This document shows, one piece after another, positions 1 through 10,171 of a DNA stretch of 50,966 nt. The notes beneath the pieces were generated by a model. It was not told where the DNA came from. It did not search any database and was given only the letters and a program-made list of their open reading frames with translations. Position 1 is the first letter of the stretch. The number at the start of each line of letters is the position of its first letter. The stretch lies in sequence record SRR2962707_2035. One strand, written 5' to 3'. Position numbers and translations under genes: made by a program.

Positions 1-924
1 CAGCGCGCCGCGCTCCTCGTCGTCGGCCACGGCCTGGATCATCGAGCCGAAGATGTCGGGGTTGATCTTGGTCCAGTCGAGGCTGCCGATGTTGATGAGG
101 TAGGACCGCGCGATACGGGAAAAGCGCGGCACGTCCAGATCGCCCGAGAACAGGCCACCATTCACATAAGGAAAGGCATCGGCCCATGGCCGCAGCCCCG
201 CGGTCTTGCGGTAGCGATCGTCTGGCGATCCGTTGTGCGCGGTCGGGGTGTTCATGGCGGTGAAGATGGCGCCGATCACCTCATGGGTATTCGACCCGTC
301 TCGCTCGGTGAACTGTTCGACCGTGGCGGTGAACAGGCGCTTGCCATTGAAGATGTCAGTGTCTTCGGCGAAAAAGCAGAAGATCAAGCGCGCCATGAAG
401 TGGTTCATATCCGGCCGCCGCGCCGCCGTGCCCCAATCGGGGTTGTCCTTCAGCAGTTCGACATAAAGCCGGTTGAGCCGGCTGGTGGCGCGGATGTCGA
501 AGGTGCTTTCGCGTACCTGCTTGACCGTGGAGATTCCCGCCAGCGCCAGGAACGCGCCGAAATGGTTCGGGAAATCGGTGTAGACGCAGATGACCGGCGC
601 TTCGTCGGAATTCAAATCCTCGGCGTAGAGCTCGACGCCATCAGTGGCGAGTACGAACTTGGCTTTGAAGCGCTTGGTGGCAGGGCTGGCCTTGAGCGCC
701 TCGAAGGCGTCGGCCACCTTCCCCTGCTCGGCAACCTTGATGTGGATCTGGTTGGTCTGGAGCACCCCGCCCACATCGGACTTGTTCGATTCCCCGCTGC
801 GCAGGCGCTTGATGGTGGTTGCCTTGTTGCCGAAAGCCTCGAGAAACGCGAACGGAAACTTGGCCGCGTCGAAGGGCTGCTCGACCAGCTCAGAGACAGC
901 CTGTTCGATTTCGACAGCATTCAT
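1..924 (-). CDS. MmeI/YeeA-like type IIL restriction-modification DNA methyltransferase, N-terminal part (continues beyond left edge)
   Basis: Not in the ORF track. Manual translation from ATG at 924 (GAGGA RBS upstream) gives MNAVEIEQAVSELVEQPFD...MNHFMARLIFCFFAEDTDIF...LDWTKINPDIFGSMIQAVADDEERGAL, characteristic MmeI-family motifs. The frame is open to position 1. Confidence 0.88.
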   Translation of the reverse strand, partial: MNAVEIEQAVSELVEQPFDAAKFPFAFLEAFGNKATTIKRLRSGESNKSDVGGVLQTNQIHIKVAEQGKVADAFEALKASPATKRFKAKFVLATDGVELYAEDLNSDEAPVICVYTDFPNHFGAFLALAGISTVKQVRESTFDIRATSRLNRLYVELLKDNPDWGTAARRPDMNHFMARLIFCFFAEDTDIFNGKRLFTATVEQFTERDGSNTHEVIGAIFTAMNTPTAHNGSPDDRYRKTAGLRPWADAFPYVNGGLFSGDLDVPRFSRIARSYLINIGSLDWTKINPDIFGSMIQAVADDEERGAL

Positions 925-1149
925 GCCTTGATATTCCTCACGCGCCATTTTGGCAGCAACGGGCAAGCCGGCCATCGCGCGCCAAGCCCTCTTCTCGCCG
1001 GATTCGGCCGTGCCGCCAACTGTGTGCAGAGCCTACGATCGTCTCGGAGACTCGGTCGTCACAACCATTCAATATTGCATAAGCCCATGGAAGTCTTCTA
1101 CCACTGGACGGAAGGGTACTATTGGTTGTCTGGGTCGGGGGGGTCAGCA

Positions 1150-1851
1150 GTGAACCACGTCAAACAGATTACGCCCATCACGATCCGTGACATTGACTTC
1201 ACGGTCTCGCGGCAGATCGAGCAGTGCCCCCAGACGATGATGCTGAGGGAATTGGTGATGAACGCCGTTGAAGCGGCGGCCAAGGCTCCATCAGAACGCC
1301 GCCTCGTGGAGATCAAGGGCAAGGCGGTCCCTGAATGCGGAGATGCGCGAAAGCTCACTATCTGGAACACCGGCCCGGGCATGAGCAGTTCCGAGCTCGA
1401 CCACATCTGCGATCTTGCAGCGTCGCTCGGCGAAGACATGGCGCTTGAGGGCGACTTCGGCATGGGCGCCAAGGTCGCTTCTCTTCCGTCTAACACTCTC
1501 GGCATGCGATATCGCTCGTGCCACAACCGGGTGGTCAGCCAAGTCGTCCTTGGCAAGCGCGAGGGCGTTTACGGTAAAATTTGGATTCCGGTCGACGACT
1601 CGTTCGAGGAGGTCGTCGATGTTACCGATCAAGTCCGCGACGAGGCCGAATACCGGTTAGATGAGGATTGGACCGAGGTAGTCTTGTATGGCGACCAAGC
1701 CGACCAGGACACAGTGGCCGACCCATACGATGGTGACCCCAAGCAGGATTGCCAGTGGATAACCACCTATCTTTATCACCGCTTCTACGGCCTTCCTGAC
1801 GGTGTCGAGCAATGTGCTTTCGTTTTGCAAGTAGCCTCAAGGGGTTCATGA
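1150..1851 (+). pseudogene. GHKL (HSP90/MutL-like) ATPase domain protein, probably C-terminally truncated
   Basis: 3' part of track ORF 235..1851, with a plausible GTG start at 1150. GHKL boxes: LRELVMNAVEA (N box), WNTGPGM (G1), GDFGMGAK (G2). Only 233 aa with no further domain, so truncation is inferred. Confidence 0.55.
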
Positions 1852-2094
1852 TCGCAATTCTACAACGACACCCATCAAGCGATCGCCACTCGGTCGGTTT
1901 CTGACGCCGCACGTCGGATTTCGCAATTTGTGGCCCCTATCCGTACAGTCAGGTGCCGGCCACATTGTACCTGGCGGGACCCCAACGATCATCGCCGCCG
2001 CCAGGTCGCGCCACCCCAGTTGGAGTTGCGCCCGATGTCCCTATGACCCGACACAGGCACTGATCCTCCTGTCCTATGTTGGCGGCCAACGGTA

Positions 2095-2201
2095 TTGACG
2101 ATTGGCCACCAACATGGTCCAGTGGCCAAGTTGGCTACCTGAAACCCTCAATTTTTTCAGTGACTTAAGGGCCTCATTTAGTTTTGCTACGAATCCAGGT
2201 T
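2095..2201 (+). repeat. Left copy of ~107-bp att-arm direct repeat with a 12-nt tRNA-like core
   Basis: ttgacgattggccaccaacatggtccagtggccaagttggctac...ttttcagtgacttaaggg...atttagttttgctacgaatccaggtt aligns with 40378-40484. Confidence 0.9.
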
Positions 2202-2388
2202 TCGTTCGCCTTAACTAGGTGCGTTGGCCTCCAAGCAATCTAACAATGCGAAAGTAGTCGTTCGGGCCGATACATTTTTCGCCCTTGGCTGAGCAGATGA
2301 ATTTGCCCATCCCGGCCATTCGACTATCCATCCTTCGCCGCAATGTGTTCTCAGACGTTTTGCTGCGCGTGCGCGACAAGCCAATCAA

Positions 2389-2426
2389 AGACAAAAAGCG
2401 TATCGCCCTATCTAACAGAAGGTATT
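2389..2426 (+). promoter_or_regulatory. LysR-type box AGAC-N7-GTAT plus downstream GTATT half-site upstream of the TAXI-TRAP operon
   Basis: agacaaaaagcgtat at 2389-2403, then ggtatt at 2421-2426. Confidence 0.6.
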
Positions 2427-2524
2427 GGTGGCGAAAGCCGGGGCTAGTCTAAGGTCACGTTTCCCGTGCCAGCGCGACAACACGCATCACTGGCGCAACC
2501 GACGTTTCAGCGCGCAACGGCTTT

Positions 2525-4495
2525 ATGTCTAAAAAAACCGAAGAATTGGCCAATAAACACGATAGCGAACGCTCAAGATTTAGGCGCCTGACCGGTCTCC
2601 CCAAGTTGTTCGAGTTCATTGTACTCGCAGCCATACCCGTTCTGGGAATTAGCTACATTATGGGACTGCATTACGAGGTTTCAATCACGCTCTATCAAGA
2701 GCAGTGGGTGGGACTACTGCTCTCCCTCTATTTCATTGCCGTATTTCTGGCGTTCCCGGCGAGGCCCACTGCGCAGTCGGAAACGAGCGTGCCTTGGCAT
2801 GACTGGGTCTTGGTCGCTTTGGGCTGTCTCCCGGGCGGGTATTTGGCTCTTTATTATCCCGACATCGCCTTCTCCTTCGGCTCTACACCTTTTGAACGGC
2901 CACTGCTTGCGGCCTTGACAGTGTTGTTACTAGTGGAGGCCATGCGGCGAACCGTCGGTTGGTCGTTGGCAGGCGTTCTGCTCGTCGGCATCACCTACGG
3001 ACTGACGGCCAATTACTTCCCAGGAATTTTGCGCGGACAACCCGTCTCACCAACGCGCTTGATGGATTATATATACACCGATCCCAGCGCTATTATCGGC
3101 ATGCTGGGGATTGGGGCGACCTACGGGTTAGCGTTCGTTGCATTCGGACAAGTCTTACTAGTTTTCGGTGCGGGGCAGGCCATGACGAATTTGGCGCTGC
3201 TGGCGTTCGGCCGTTTCCGAGGCGGCGGTAGCAAGGCGGCGATTGCGGGCTCCACTCTGGCCGGCACTATTTCTGGCGCCCCCATGGCCAATGTGCTGCT
3301 GACCGGCAGCATCACGATACCCTTGATGCAGCGCTCCGGCTACAGCGCCAAAACGGCCGGTGCCATTGAAGCAGTGGCATCGAGCGGTGGGCAGGTCCTC
3401 CCGCCCGTAATGGGGATTGCCGCCTTCCTGATTGCAGAAAACCTTGGCATCCCTTTTGCGCAAGTCGCGCTTGCCGCCCTGTTGCCGGCCGTAATCTTCT
3501 ACCTCGTCCTCTTTCTCAGTTCGGATCTTGCAGCTCGCAAAAACGGGATCCAGCGTTTGCCCGAAGCCGAAATGCCTAAGGCGGCGCCGACATTCCGTGT
3601 CGCCTGGGTGCTGCTGCCAACGTTCGGACTGCTGCTTTATACCCTCTTTATTTTGCGGCTGGACCCTAGCTATGCCGCTGCCAGTTCAAGCCTTTTCGCA
3701 CTTCCCATCATGCTACTGATCCGGACCAACAGGACCGCGCTGATCACAAAATTACTGCTCTTGCTGCGCAGCACCGGTCTCGTCCTGCTCGACCTTGCTG
3801 GCGTCTTGGTTGTGGCTGGCATTGTCGTTGGCGTGATGTCGGTCACCGGACTATCGTTTCAGTTTGCTCACGGCATCATCGGATTGGCACAAGGCAATAT
3901 CGTATTGCTTATGTTGCTCGGTGCTGTTGCGGCAATCATCCTTGGGATGGGCATGCCTTCGGTCGCAGCCTATGCGCTCGTTGCTGTATTGCTCGTGCCC
4001 GGCATGGTCGAAGGTGGCATCCCTCCCTTGGCCGCCCATTTGTTCGTTTTCTATTTCGCCGTCGCATCCAACATCACGCCGCCAATCGCAATCGCGTCCT
4101 TTGCGGCGTCGACCATATCGGGTGCCTCACCGATGGGAACTGCGATAGAATCAATGAAAGTCGGCTGGATGTTCTTCGCCATGCCGTTCTTGTTTGTTCT
4201 CTATCCCGCCCTGCTATTTCAGAGCGATCCGGCCACCGTTGCCTTGACGCTTGGGAAAGTCGCTATCGGTGCCGCTTTTATGACGGTCGCGATCTATGGA
4301 TATCTTCGTCGGCCAATGGGAATAGCGAGCCGCGCCCTCCTTGGGCTTGCAGGAGCGGGTTTATTGATCCCAGCCCATCTCTTCGCAATCGGAAATATCG
4401 CCGGAGTCGCCGTGGGTTCTTCGCTCATTGCCTGGCAGTTTTCGCGTCCAAGACAACTAGAAGCCGCGACTGATACCCATCACCAAACTTCATAG
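2525..4495 (+). CDS. TRAP transporter fused permease (4TM/12TM, TAXI-associated)
   Basis: 656-aa polytopic membrane protein with AIEAVASSGGQVLPPVMG, LGMGMP and SNITPP motifs; adjacent to a TAXI receptor. Confidence 0.92.
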   Translation: MSKKTEELANKHDSERSRFRRLTGLPKLFEFIVLAAIPVLGISYIMGLHYEVSITLYQEQWVGLLLSLYFIAVFLAFPARPTAQSETSVPWHDWVLVALGCLPGGYLALYYPDIAFSFGSTPFERPLLAALTVLLLVEAMRRTVGWSLAGVLLVGITYGLTANYFPGILRGQPVSPTRLMDYIYTDPSAIIGMLGIGATYGLAFVAFGQVLLVFGAGQAMTNLALLAFGRFRGGGSKAAIAGSTLAGTISGAPMANVLLTGSITIPLMQRSGYSAKTAGAIEAVASSGGQVLPPVMGIAAFLIAENLGIPFAQVALAALLPAVIFYLVLFLSSDLAARKNGIQRLPEAEMPKAAPTFRVAWVLLPTFGLLLYTLFILRLDPSYAAASSSLFALPIMLLIRTNRTALITKLLLLLRSTGLVLLDLAGVLVVAGIVVGVMSVTGLSFQFAHGIIGLAQGNIVLLMLLGAVAAIILGMGMPSVAAYALVAVLLVPGMVEGGIPPLAAHLFVFYFAVASNITPPIAIASFAASTISGASPMGTAIESMKVGWMFFAMPFLFVLYPALLFQSDPATVALTLGKVAIGAAFMTVAIYGYLRRPMGIASRALLGLAGAGLLIPAHLFAIGNIAGVAVGSSLIAWQFSRPRQLEAATDTHHQTS

Positions 4496-4505
4496 GGAGG
4501 AAGAT

Positions 4506-5534
4506 ATGAAACAACTTTTCGCAACAACGCTCGCCGTGGCGAGTCTGACATCTGGCGCAGCGTTTGCTCAAAGCTGGGATGCTGCTATAGGCACGCACCG
4601 GGTCGGCAGCTCTTATTACAGCGTGGGCACCGCGCTCGCCGCACTTTTGTCCGACAACACCACAGCTCGTGCTGCCGTTCAGCCCCACTCGGGTCCTAAT
4701 GCTTGGATGACTGCGCTCTCCAATGGCGAAATCGCCTTTGGCCTGGCGTCGGTTGTCGATACGTCTTGGGCGTTCAATGGCGGGCCTGGCTATGAAGAAG
4801 CTGTCACCAATTTGCGTATGCTGGTCAACGGCGGGTCTCAAGACTTTATCGGGCTGGCAACGCTGGAGCAATCAGATGTTACCAGTACCGCAGACGTCGC
4901 CGGCAAACGCGTTACAGTCGGATTTGGCGGCAACTTTTTTTCAAACGCTCTTGTGGAGGCCCACCTGGCATCAGTAGGGATAGACTTTGACGATATTCAG
5001 TCGGTTCCTGTTCCCGATACTCAAACGTCGATCGACATGCTGCGCAGCGGACGAGCAGATGTATCGGTGGGACTCACGCCGACGACGCCCGCGATCATGG
5101 ACCTGAACTCCGCCAGAGCCGTCAGGCCGCTGTCGTTCGGCGATCTGGCAATGGAGGATATCGCTCAAGGCATTCCAGAGAACATGATAGACGTTCTTGA
5201 TGAGTATCTGCCGGGCGCGACATTGGGCGTTGTCGAAGCTGGTACAGGAATCGTCAAAGATGGGCTGGTCTCGATCAGGTTCGATATTCAGATGGTTTCG
5301 ACCACTGAAATTTCCAATGAGCATGTCTATGAAACCACCGAAGCGATCTGGGCAAACTACGAACAGCTCCACGATTCCCACCCAATCGGGGTCTGGACGC
5401 CCGAGCGAATGGTACCAACGAGCTTCAATGTTCCCTATCATCAGGGTGCCGTAGACTTTTTTGAAGATGAAGGCATCTGGACCGACGAGCATCAAGCCCG
5501 TCAGGACGAGCTGCTTTCCGGTATTGAAGGCTGA
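4506..5534 (+). CDS. TAXI-family TRAP solute receptor
   Basis: Signal peptide, GTHRVGSSYYSVG, C-terminal VPYHQGAVDFFEDEG; GGAGG RBS. Confidence 0.92.
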   Translation: MKQLFATTLAVASLTSGAAFAQSWDAAIGTHRVGSSYYSVGTALAALLSDNTTARAAVQPHSGPNAWMTALSNGEIAFGLASVVDTSWAFNGGPGYEEAVTNLRMLVNGGSQDFIGLATLEQSDVTSTADVAGKRVTVGFGGNFFSNALVEAHLASVGIDFDDIQSVPVPDTQTSIDMLRSGRADVSVGLTPTTPAIMDLNSARAVRPLSFGDLAMEDIAQGIPENMIDVLDEYLPGATLGVVEAGTGIVKDGLVSIRFDIQMVSTTEISNEHVYETTEAIWANYEQLHDSHPIGVWTPERMVPTSFNVPYHQGAVDFFEDEGIWTDEHQARQDELLSGIEG

Positions 5535-5548
5535 CCCCTGAGAACCTG

Positions 5549-5576
5549 CCCCCGCCTCTCTCAATCCTGGCGGGGG
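5549..5576 (+). terminator. GC-rich hairpin after the TAXI gene
   Basis: cccccgcc...ggcggggg inverted repeat with a weak U tract. Confidence 0.4.
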
Positions 5577-5891
5577 TTATCATGCATGAACGAATTTGGG
5601 TGATCGAACTATCGACAATCGAAATCGGCATGCCGATGATTGCCCGGGTCTCCAACGCACGATAAGTGTCCAACAGCCTCTCGAGCGTGAAGTTCGCCAA
5701 TTACCTTAATACTGATCCGGCCGTGCCAGTGCGGTCGAAATCCAAGGCGCACGCTTGCGAAAGACTGGTGCAGTATCGATGCAGTCTGCGAGCGCATCTC
5801 TGCTTCGACCAAAGCCGGGCCAAGAATGAAGACGTTGCGCAAGACGACTGGTGAATTTCATGCCAAAGCTACCGCTCTGAAGTGCACGCAT

Positions 5892-6950
5892 TCAAGGTTT
5901 TACGTGCTGTCCAGTCCTGCCGACCAGCGTCGGCTCAGCAGACGAGGTGGTGAGCAGAATCTTTCCTATCGTGTTGCCGGCCTCCAGCGCTTCGTGAGCC
6001 GCTGCAGCATCCTCGAGAGCGAAACGGGCGCCCACAACCGGCCGGATGTGCCCCATTTCAAACAGCGGCCAAATCCGACTTTCCAGATCGGCCAAAATTT
6101 TGCATTTTTCAGCAACGCTGCGGTGTCTCAAGGTGCAGCCGGTGATTTTCGCCCGCTTGAGCATGACCTTCCGGGTGCTGAACTCAGATTTGGGATTCTC
6201 GTCACTCGCAATCGCGCATATTGTGCCCCGTTGAGCAAGACAGTCCAGATTGCGCTCAAGATACGATCCGCCAACCATGTCAAGTATGACGTCGACCCCT
6301 TGTCCTCCGGTATATTCAAGGACCTTTTCAACAAAATCCTGCGTGCGATAATTGATAGCCCTGTCGGCACCGAGGTCCAAGCAAACTGCAAGCTTTTCCT
6401 GCGTGCCAGCCGTCGCGATAACGGTCATCCCAAGAGACTTCGCAATCTGGATTGCCGCGGTACCAATGCCGCTCGTCCCTCCGTGTATTAGCAGAGACTG
6501 GCCCGGCTGGATGCCGACTTGCTCGACAAGAGCCATCCAGACTGTACAGAAGACCTCTGGCAGGGCAGCAGCGTCAATGATGTTGCAGCCTTTGGGGACG
6601 GGAACACATTGCGCAGCCGGCGCCGAACAATGTGTAGCGTAGCCTCCGCCCACAAGAAGTGCGCAGACGGCATCCCCAGGGCCGAATTCAGTTACGCTCG
6701 AACCGACGTCGGTCACCCAGCCGGAAACCTCAAGTCCCAAGCCCCACGGGAAGTCCTTGGCCATGGGATAGTCACCCATGCGTTGCTTTACGTCACCCCT
6801 GTTCACACCTGCGGCGGCCACCTTAATGATCACCTCGTCGGACGCTGGGCCGGGAATTTCCATTTCCCGAATTTGCAGGACGTCCAGTCCGCCGGTTCCG
6901 GCCAATTTGATCGCGAAAACATCGGGCAGGGGTTCAACTCTATCGCTCAC
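5892..6950 (-). CDS. NAD(P)H:quinone oxidoreductase, PIG3 family (MDR)
   Basis: AAGVNRGD, GLEVSG, HGGTSGIG, ILDMVGGSY and IGKILL motifs. Confidence 0.9.
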   Translation of the reverse strand: MSDRVEPLPDVFAIKLAGTGGLDVLQIREMEIPGPASDEVIIKVAAAGVNRGDVKQRMGDYPMAKDFPWGLGLEVSGWVTDVGSSVTEFGPGDAVCALLVGGGYATHCSAPAAQCVPVPKGCNIIDAAALPEVFCTVWMALVEQVGIQPGQSLLIHGGTSGIGTAAIQIAKSLGMTVIATAGTQEKLAVCLDLGADRAINYRTQDFVEKVLEYTGGQGVDVILDMVGGSYLERNLDCLAQRGTICAIASDENPKSEFSTRKVMLKRAKITGCTLRHRSVAEKCKILADLESRIWPLFEMGHIRPVVGARFALEDAAAAHEALEAGNTIGKILLTTSSAEPTLVGRTGQHVKP

Positions 6951-7030
6951 TAGAACTTCCCTCTTTTTTGAAATTGCTGGCGCTCCGATCGACCCCTCAC
7001 CAAGCTGCTCCCGTGTCCTATCCGCCGCCC

Positions 7031-8188
7031 CTACGCGTGGTAGACAGTACCTGAGAACAATCGTCTCGCAGTCCGGACGACCTGCACGCTATCAGCACGC
7101 CATTCGGGCTCCGCTCGAACGCCGTCGATCGCAACCTCCATCAGTCCTGATGCGTGCGCTATCGTCACACCGTTGCCATGCCCTGGTCGCGCGCACGTGT
7201 GCGCCAATGTGCCCTCAACACGCGTAGCGACCGCAAGCGCCATGGCGCCTGTGAGCGGGACGGCGCGATGCGCGAGGCCTGCTGAGAGCACCACGACGCT
7301 GATATCGTGGTCGACCGCTTTAATAGAGGTTCCGTCCGAGGCGGCAAAATCGACAGGCTGGCCGATCAGCCCGACCAGAGGAAGGTTGGTCACTCGCGTT
7401 CGCGCAACCTCCTCGCTTTCGACTAATCCCATCGCCAGTGCAGCCGCTACGCGGATATCGTCCAGAAGCGGCAGATGGCGGGACATCACGGCAGGATCGG
7501 GCACTAACTGATCCGCGATAACATCGTTGATGGTCAAAAGTGCGAGAGGGTTGGCAACGTCGATCAACGTGGCGGAAAATCTCCTGCCATCGGATATCGT
7601 CAGGGTATCGACTACGTTCCCGGTCGGCAACAATTTGCCGGTTGTTGCGCCCCCGGGGTCCATGAAGCTCAGACGGATCGGCGCTCCCGTGGTTGGCAGA
7701 CCCGCAAGCGCGACGTCACCGACAACCACCGGCAGTCCGCCCCGGCACGCAAAGCGAGACACGATGATCTTTCCGGTGTTGGCGTTATAAATGCGCACCA
7801 CGGCCTCATCGCTCCGTGGCACGACCCAGCCCTTTTCCACTGCATAAGGACCAACAGCCGAACTGATATTGCCGCAATTGCCACGATAGCTCACAGTCGC
7901 AGTCTTGATCCCGACTTGGCCGAAAATGTAATCTACGTCGGCATCGTCGCGTTCAGATGGCGCCAGAACAGCAATTTTGGACAAGGATGATTGTCCCCCA
8001 CCCATGCCATCTAGCTGTTTGCCACCGACATCCGGGCTACCCATGACTGCAAGAAAAATTTTGTCCCACGGCGCACTATCGACAAACGGATCACACTGAG
8101 GCAGGTCGGCACGTTCAAAGATCACGGCCTTGCTGGTGCCGCCCCGGTAGAACGTCGCCGGCATCCCGGTCTGAATCCTTGAAGTCAT
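7031..8188 (-). CDS. PrpF/FldA-family isomerase (aconitate/methylitaconate/oxalomesaconate isomerase-like)
   Basis: YRGGTSKA, QLDGMGGGQSSLSK, GNCGNISSAVG, TGKLLPTGN and RTARRLFSG motifs. Confidence 0.9.
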   Translation of the reverse strand: MTSRIQTGMPATFYRGGTSKAVIFERADLPQCDPFVDSAPWDKIFLAVMGSPDVGGKQLDGMGGGQSSLSKIAVLAPSERDDADVDYIFGQVGIKTATVSYRGNCGNISSAVGPYAVEKGWVVPRSDEAVVRIYNANTGKIIVSRFACRGGLPVVVGDVALAGLPTTGAPIRLSFMDPGGATTGKLLPTGNVVDTLTISDGRRFSATLIDVANPLALLTINDVIADQLVPDPAVMSRHLPLLDDIRVAAALAMGLVESEEVARTRVTNLPLVGLIGQPVDFAASDGTSIKAVDHDISVVVLSAGLAHRAVPLTGAMALAVATRVEGTLAHTCARPGHGNGVTIAHASGLMEVAIDGVRAEPEWRADSVQVVRTARRLFSGTVYHA

Positions 8189-8203
8189 TGCCTGATCGTC
8201 TCG

Positions 8204-9076
8204 CTATTTGTCCCAGACCGAATGCGCGCCTTCCGAAGTGCCCATGACATTGAGCATCATCTCGCCCACGCCACCAATCTGGATGGTCAGCACATCGCCA
8301 TCAACTATCGGCCCCACGCCCTCTGGTGTACCCGAAGCAATTATATCGCCTGGCTGAAGCGTCATGACGGCTGACGCCATCTCTACCATGGCCGGAATAT
8401 CGACGATGAGGTCTCTGGTATTGGCCGATTGCCTGACCTCACCATTGATGGACAACGACAGGTTGATATTGGTCACATCTGCAACTTCGTCCTTCGTCAC
8501 GATATAAGGACCCATAGGACAGAACGTATCAAAGGACTTGCGCATCACCCGCTCTTCCTGTCCACGGACCACGACATCCACCAGACACGAATAGCCCAGG
8601 ATATGATCAAGCGCATTCGCGCGTGAGATGGAGCGGCCCCCCTTCCCGATTATGATCGCGAGCTCGCATTCATGATGAATTTCGCGGCCCGGAATGGGTG
8701 GAAGCAAAATGGGTTCATTTGGCCCGCTCAGGCTCGAATTGGACTTAAGAAAGAAGCCCTGCCCCTTGGATGTAAATGCCGATATCCGCTTCTCGCCCAT
8801 TTCCTCAAGGTGCTTCTGATAGTTTGCCGGAAACGCGATCAACTTGTTGGGCCAGACCACGGGGCAGTCGAGATGCACCGCGTCGAACTTGTGACGGGGC
8901 GCATCCCGGGCGAGAGTTTCAAGAACATCGAGGTGTTCGGCAAACCGGGCAATCAACTGGACCATTCCGACAGGTGGCCAAGCTTTTGGATCGATTCCTG
9001 CCGCATCGGTAATATCGGCGATCATGTCATTGTCGACAACACCTACGCGACCATTGTCAAAACGTGCAAGTTTCAT
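8204..9076 (-). CDS. Fumarylacetoacetate hydrolase family protein
   Basis: FFLKS, HHECELAIIIGK, RKSFDTFCPMGP and LQPGDIIASGTPEGVG motifs. Confidence 0.92.
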   Translation of the reverse strand: MKLARFDNGRVGVVDNDMIADITDAAGIDPKAWPPVGMVQLIARFAEHLDVLETLARDAPRHKFDAVHLDCPVVWPNKLIAFPANYQKHLEEMGEKRISAFTSKGQGFFLKSNSSLSGPNEPILLPPIPGREIHHECELAIIIGKGGRSISRANALDHILGYSCLVDVVVRGQEERVMRKSFDTFCPMGPYIVTKDEVADVTNINLSLSINGEVRQSANTRDLIVDIPAMVEMASAVMTLQPGDIIASGTPEGVGPIVDGDVLTIQIGGVGEMMLNVMGTSEGAHSVWDK

Positions 9077-9085
9077 GTCACGCCC

Positions 9086-10132
9086 CTAGGCAGCGGATTC
9101 GCGATATAGCCCAAGCGCCTTGAGCGCGGGAATATCATTGACTTGAAACATCACCGCATCATCGCTCGACGAGCGATTTTCGTGGGCATGGGCAGCCCAA
9201 GGCGGCACCGCGATAAAATCGCCTTTACCCCACTCGAACACGTCACCTTCCACAGTGGTTTTGCCTTGGCCGCGTACGATGTAATAGACGACACTGCCGG
9301 TATGGCGGTGCGGCTTGCCTTTCATACCCGGGCGAAGCTTCTGGATTGCCGTGCCGATGGTAGGCAAAGCAGGCCCGCCCGTCATCGGATTTTGATACTC
9401 AAGTAGCGTGTCGTCGAAAGGATCGGGGTCAAGCGCCGACATATGATCGAGAGCGTCTTCGGCACGTGCCTTGGTGTAGGCCAGAACTGGGCTGGGGCCG
9501 CCATGCTGCTCGGCATGCATGGGCCGCATCAGCCCGGAGCCGAATTGGCGATAAGACGCGTCAGAAATCCGGTTGACCTCCTGGCGTTCGAGGTCGCTGC
9601 CTTCGAAAAAGACCGCATGCATATGTCGAACAAGGGAAACATCGAGAACATCAAGCCAAATCATCGGCTTATCCCCCTTATGCTCGTGATCGTGCCAAGT
9701 CCAGCTCGGCGTCAAAACCAAATCCCCCTCGTTGATTACGAACTGTTCACCGTTCACAATGGTGTCGGCCCCCTCCCCTTGCATTATGAACCGCAAGGCC
9801 GTGGCAGAATGCCGATGCGGATCAGCGATTTCACCGGGCAATATATACTGTATCGAGCACCAGATCGTGGGTGTCGTACCAAACGGCAGCCCCGGGTTGG
9901 ACAGACGCAAAGTGCGGCGTTGGCCACCTTTTTCGAGCTTGAGCGATTGCCCAATCTTATCGAGCAAATTCTCCAGATCGGCCCATTTCCAATGCAGAGC
10001 CTTCATTGAGGAGGCCGGCGTCTTGGTGAAAAGGGGGGGGTCGTCCGGCTGAGCAACCCGACAGTTGTAGCGGTCCAACTCCTCAGCGAGCGCCTTGCGC
10101 TCGCCAACATCGGTCATCACATCCATTGCCAT
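9086..10132 (-). CDS. Gentisate 1,2-dioxygenase-family bicupin ring-cleavage dioxygenase
   Basis: RRTLRLSNPGL, PHRHSATALRF, TPSWTWHDH, WLDVLD and a second PHRH. ATG at 10132 follows AAGGAG. Confidence 0.88.
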   Translation of the reverse strand: MAMDVMTDVGERKALAEELDRYNCRVAQPDDPPLFTKTPASSMKALHWKWADLENLLDKIGQSLKLEKGGQRRTLRLSNPGLPFGTTPTIWCSIQYILPGEIADPHRHSATALRFIMQGEGADTIVNGEQFVINEGDLVLTPSWTWHDHEHKGDKPMIWLDVLDVSLVRHMHAVFFEGSDLERQEVNRISDASYRQFGSGLMRPMHAEQHGGPSPVLAYTKARAEDALDHMSALDPDPFDDTLLEYQNPMTGGPALPTIGTAIQKLRPGMKGKPHRHTGSVVYYIVRGQGKTTVEGDVFEWGKGDFIAVPPWAAHAHENRSSSDDAVMFQVNDIPALKALGLYRESAA

Positions 10133-10171
10133 GGTCAATTCTCCTTTTGAATAGGTGAGCCCTTGCCCATC

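Noticed and set aside
235-1149. N-terminal 305 aa of track ORF 235..1851 as a fusion protein
   Set aside because: It is the antisense shadow of the minus-strand MmeI-like gene; only the part from about 1150 has recognisable motifs.
2095-2201. CRISPR or tandem repeat array from the TGGCCA repeats
   Set aside because: Only three short octamers in alternating orientation, with no regular repeat-spacer period and no cas genes.
5580-5890. Short ORFs or a pseudogene between TAXI and the quinone oxidoreductase
   Set aside because: No recognisable motif or convincing RBS in any frame.
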